Origin: Epiperipatus broadwayi
Taxonomy: Eukaryota > Animalia > Onychophora
Assembly: GCA_028023455.1 (NCBI GenBank)
Contig: JAQFVV010000006.1
Coordinates: 6,324,001 to 6,388,000 of the forward strand
DNA: 64,000 nt
Direction: 5' to 3'
Below the pieces are notes generated by a model, which worked only from the letters and a program-made list of their open reading frames with translations, was not told the DNA's origin and did not search any database. Positions 62,191 to 64,000 of the stretch are shown here, one piece after another. Every line of letters starts with the position of its first letter. The first letter of the stretch is position 1. A program made the translations under genes and the position numbers.

Positions 62191-63029
62191 CTCTAAATTT
62201 TAAAAGTCGGCCACAAGTTACTTATAGTGTATGGATTGGAGCAATGGTACTCTGTAGTGATAATTTATAATCCTGAGTTGAAAATTATAGACTTCGTAGA
62301 GGTCGTTCAATTGTTTCCTATGTAATTGACCTTGCAAGTATTTTTAAGCTTAAAAAAAATACTAAAATATCAAATTTTATTACTGGGGGGGGGGGGAGAT
62401 TGTTTTTGATAAACTATAGTCAAGATAATTATCATTCACTACTGAAAGCTCATATTTTTTAAATCCTTTGTATTGCATAACTAAGTTAGTCTTGAGGTCA
62501 TATTTAAATAATTGAGCTTAATGGAAACAGACATTAATAACCAACAATGTACTGATCTCAAAACTTCTTCTGCATACTAAATACTTTACTGAATCTTTTG
62601 AGATTAAAAAAAAGTGCCCCCCCCTCCCATTTATCAATAAAATATTTCATTGTTACTTTTTTTTAATTTAAAAAAAAAAGCATGCAAATTTTACAGATAA
62701 ATTAAAGAATTTTTTAAAAAATGTGTCTGCGATATAAATTGTCTTTTAGAAACTCAATAATTAAGCATAATATTGAATGACTTGGATTTTCACATCCTCT
62801 TATTGGACTTCTGAACCTTATATAGTACAGCACACAACATGTTATTGGATAATTATCAAACAGTGCACAATTCATTCAACATCGGAATAAGTTGATGTGG
62901 TCATTTCAATTACAGAAAAAGAAACACAAAACACAGAAATTTAAAGGTAAATTTTGCAATGGCTATACAAACGAATCCGTGAACTGTATGTTTGCAGGTC
63001 TTAATTAGTAAATCCTGGATTGTCTCAGT

Positions 63030-63560
63030 AATACAGCAATAAACTGATGAGTTAAAGATCCTTGAATATAAAACTGATTTGTAATATTACTGATGCTTGA
63101 ACAACATCATCGGAATCGTCAAATTAGTTGTAATATTCCCATGACTATCAATCAAGTCTCCAACTTACACATTATTGTTTCGGCAACATATTCTTTTATT
63201 TCCAACACAGCAATACCACCTAATTTAAGCTTTAGCAAGATAATAGATGCTGGCTGGTATGAATTTATTAAGCCCTATCATTTAAGCTTACATTCGGTGA
63301 CATAGTTGTTGTAGAAGACAAATTGGAGTTGTAACGCTCACTTAACGATCTTTGCCACCATGTTGAAATAATCAGCCAATCAGCTCTCACAAGACAATTA
63401 TTCTGTTACCTGAACATCACTTATCAGTTTTGTAATAGGCTGTCATCTAGTCTACTACAATATGATTTGTAAGAAGACCATTTTCATCTAAATTCCAAAT
63501 CTAGGATGACTCGATCCTAAGGCCTGAAGTAAATTGTAACAAAGTCTTACAAACTTAAAT
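63030..63560 (-). mobile_element. Possible decayed L1/Tx1-like RT C-terminal fragment
   Basis: Minus strand ILLKLKLGGIAVLEIKEY resembles the L.K..GGL..L motif. Weak. Confidence 0.35.
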
Positions 63561-64000
63561 ATTTAAATATTATAACAAATGGCTTAATATATTATATTTA
63601 GCGCAGATCGACTGTATACTTATATAGACTACGGAGTAATTATAAGCAAATGTACATTAGGTACTGTCAAAAAAATAAAAATTTAACTCAATTTTTTTTT
63701 TGTCTTAGTAATTAAAGTTGCAAGTACTTGGGTTCATATGTAGAATAAAATAATCAATCTATATATATATAAGCGTGTGTAGTTAATTCTAAATAAAAAT
63801 AATTCCATTGTTAACCACTTGATCTTATGTTATAAAAACTCCTACATTCCCTTGATCCGGGTATTGCCCAAGTTGAGTGAACCGTGAAATTGTTTTGTAT
63901 CACAAAGTGGCTTGGGTTTTTTTTTTTTTTTTTCAAGTAGATGATTCATAAATTAAACACTGGTCAGTAAGTGGGTATCTAATTATTCTTAACTAGAAGA

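Noticed and set aside
539-63305. Most short ORFs in the supplied six-frame track
   Set aside because: They are antisense or off-frame reads of decayed transposons, or low-complexity AT-rich sequence with I/F/L/Y bias and no coding signature.

Overview
AT-rich, visibly CpG-depleted eukaryotic DNA (metazoan, probably invertebrate; inference) made almost entirely of transposon-derived sequence. No host gene can be confidently called; one weak two-exon candidate lies at 34.1/35.5 kb. Identifiable content: (1) a near-full-length Tx1/L1-type LINE on the minus strand (~16.3-21.5 kb; ORF1 with zinc knuckle, ORF2 APE-RT-zf, frameshifted) plus older relatives; (2) many decayed RTE-like LINE fragments; (3) a Penelope-like element (PLE) GIY-YIG 3' end present as a head-to-head inverted pair (44.1-45.8 kb); (4) hAT-Charlie-type MITEs with 8-bp TSDs, a mariner remnant and tRNA-derived SINE-like copies. 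The main signal is a dense population of small non-coding elements from at least six sequence families (my labels A, B1/B2, C, D, E, G) carrying type I hammerhead ribozyme (HHR) motifs. They show PLE-style tandem plus inverted architecture, and six insertions have 9-14 bp TSDs. Different families use different palindromes in the minimal stem III (CCGG, CTAG, TACGTA, TGCA, GCGC). Two unrelated elements, one of them the PLE itself, share an apparent core variant in which C3:G8 is swapped to A3:U8 (AUGARUA instead of CUGANGA). Structures were folded by eye, nothing was computed or searched, and the boundaries of decayed repeats are approximate.
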